DNA of 62,795 nt, counting the filler, from Octopus bimaculoides (Eukaryota): assembly GCF_001194135.2 (NCBI RefSeq). It is 3 parts of 3 records of this genome, joined end to end, with 100 filler letters (N's around TTAATTAATTAA, not from the genome) between each part and the next. Parts side by side here need not be neighbours in the genome. Positions count along the whole stretch, not along the records: positions 39,942 to 62,795 come from NC_068987.1; 2 more parts are not named here. The stretch is one strand, 5' to 3'. This document shows positions 61,834 through 62,795 of this stretch, in pieces. Each line of letters begins with the position of its first letter. The stretch's first letter is position 1. The translations under genes were made by a program, and so were the position numbers. The notes beneath the pieces are model-generated. The model made no database searches. It saw only the letters and a program-made list of their open reading frames with translations, and had not been told where the DNA came from.

Positions 61834-62200
61834 AATTTGAAAGATGTAGTGTATAAATGTATAGTGAAACTATTGAATGAAAATAAACATAATGGTTATA
61901 ATTTAAATAAGATTTATATAGGATCGACTTCTAATAAAATTAAATTAAGAGTAGCTCAACATATGCACTCATTTAAGAATAGAAATTTGATTAATTCTAC
62001 TGGCCACAGTAAATATATTTGGGAACTTAAATCTAAAAATATTAACTATTTTTTAAAATGGGACATAGTTTGTAAAGCTAAATCCTATCATATAGGTAAT
62101 AACATTTGTAGTTTATGTAATAATGAATTTGAAGAGATATTATTTCATAAGGATAATAATTTTCTTAATTCTTTTGATGAACGAAAAATAAATGTAGACA
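61834..62200 (+). mobile_element. GIY-YIG endonuclease of the same Nematis-like PLE
   Basis: KDVVYKCIV..IYIGSTSNKIKLRVAQHMHSFKN..STGHSKYIWELK..KWDIVCKAKSYHIGNNICSLCNNEFEEIL..FLNSFDE, homologous to 15950-16260. Linkage to the RT across the 863-N gap is inferred. Confidence 0.88.
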
Positions 62201-62795
62201 TAAACTACTTTATTTATATAAAAACTTTAGCTAATGATTTTTTATTCATTTTTTTATATGGGTATGTGTATATGAATGAATATATGTATATATATATGAG
62301 TGTGCGTGTTATAGTCTATATGCGTTAGTATGTATGTATATTTTTAGGTGTATGTATATATGTTTACGTATGTATTTATATAGGTTTAAGTATATATATG
62401 TGTTTGTGTTTATATATGTTTGTGTATGTTGAGTGTATATTTGTATTTACATGTATGTATAAATATATGTATTTGTGACTATAGATGTATATTTATATAT
62501 ATTGTGTGTGTGAGTGAGTTTGTGAGTGTAGATTTGTTTTATAATATTGCTTTTTTATATATTTATTTATTTATTTGTGTGAATTTTTAGTTATGTGTAT
62601 ATATTTTTATATATATTTTTAAGAGTTTTTTGTGTATATGTATGTATATTTATGTTTGTACTTATGTAAATGTGTATATATATGTATATATATATGGGTA
62701 TAAGTATATATGTGAGTGTGTGTAATTTGTCTATATTAATTAGTAAGTATATATATATATAAGTGTATGTATATATATTTATGTATATATATATA

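Larger units (their letters stand above)
1..62795. repeat. Dense (TA)n, (CA)n, (GA)n, (TATG)n, (TAGA)n microsatellites; most N gaps abut them
   Basis: Examples: 3701-3743 (TA)n, 18560-18610, 36362-36435, 47318-47376 (GA)n, 52853-53507 TG-rich cryptic repeat, 62230-62795 TA/TG-rich. Confidence 0.97.

Noticed and set aside
8432-62328. Dozens of track ORFs rich in YI/HT/CV/SL/ER or X runs
   Set aside because: They are translations of (TA)n, (CA)n, (GA)n microsatellites and N gaps, with no protein signal.

Overview
AT-rich, microsatellite-dense, gap-riddled eukaryotic DNA. The SINE families and the mix of RTE, RLE, Penelope-like and mariner elements look cephalopod, probably Octopus; this is recognition from memory, not a database result. 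I found no host protein-coding exon, rRNA, true tRNA or CRISPR array that I can support. Most ORFs in the track are translations of (TA)n/(CA)n/(GA)n repeats or N-runs. The recognisable content is almost all transposon-derived: RTE-clade RT fragments, five restriction-like-endonuclease (RLE) LINE 3' fragments, five Penelope-like element (PLE) pieces of three structural types, three mariner relics, a 726-bp TIR element carrying a decayed SAP-SWIM gene, and at least four tRNA-derived SINE families. The most interesting signals are hammerhead-ribozyme folds tied to the PLEs. One is fully foldable with a long stem II, one pair sits back-to-back in a 148-bp palindrome, and others are decayed or in permuted order. 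Two identical 100-bp artificial linkers (44 N + TTAATTAATTAA + 44 N) show the window is three joined scaffolds. The first ~11 kb also looks visibly CpG-poorer than the rest.
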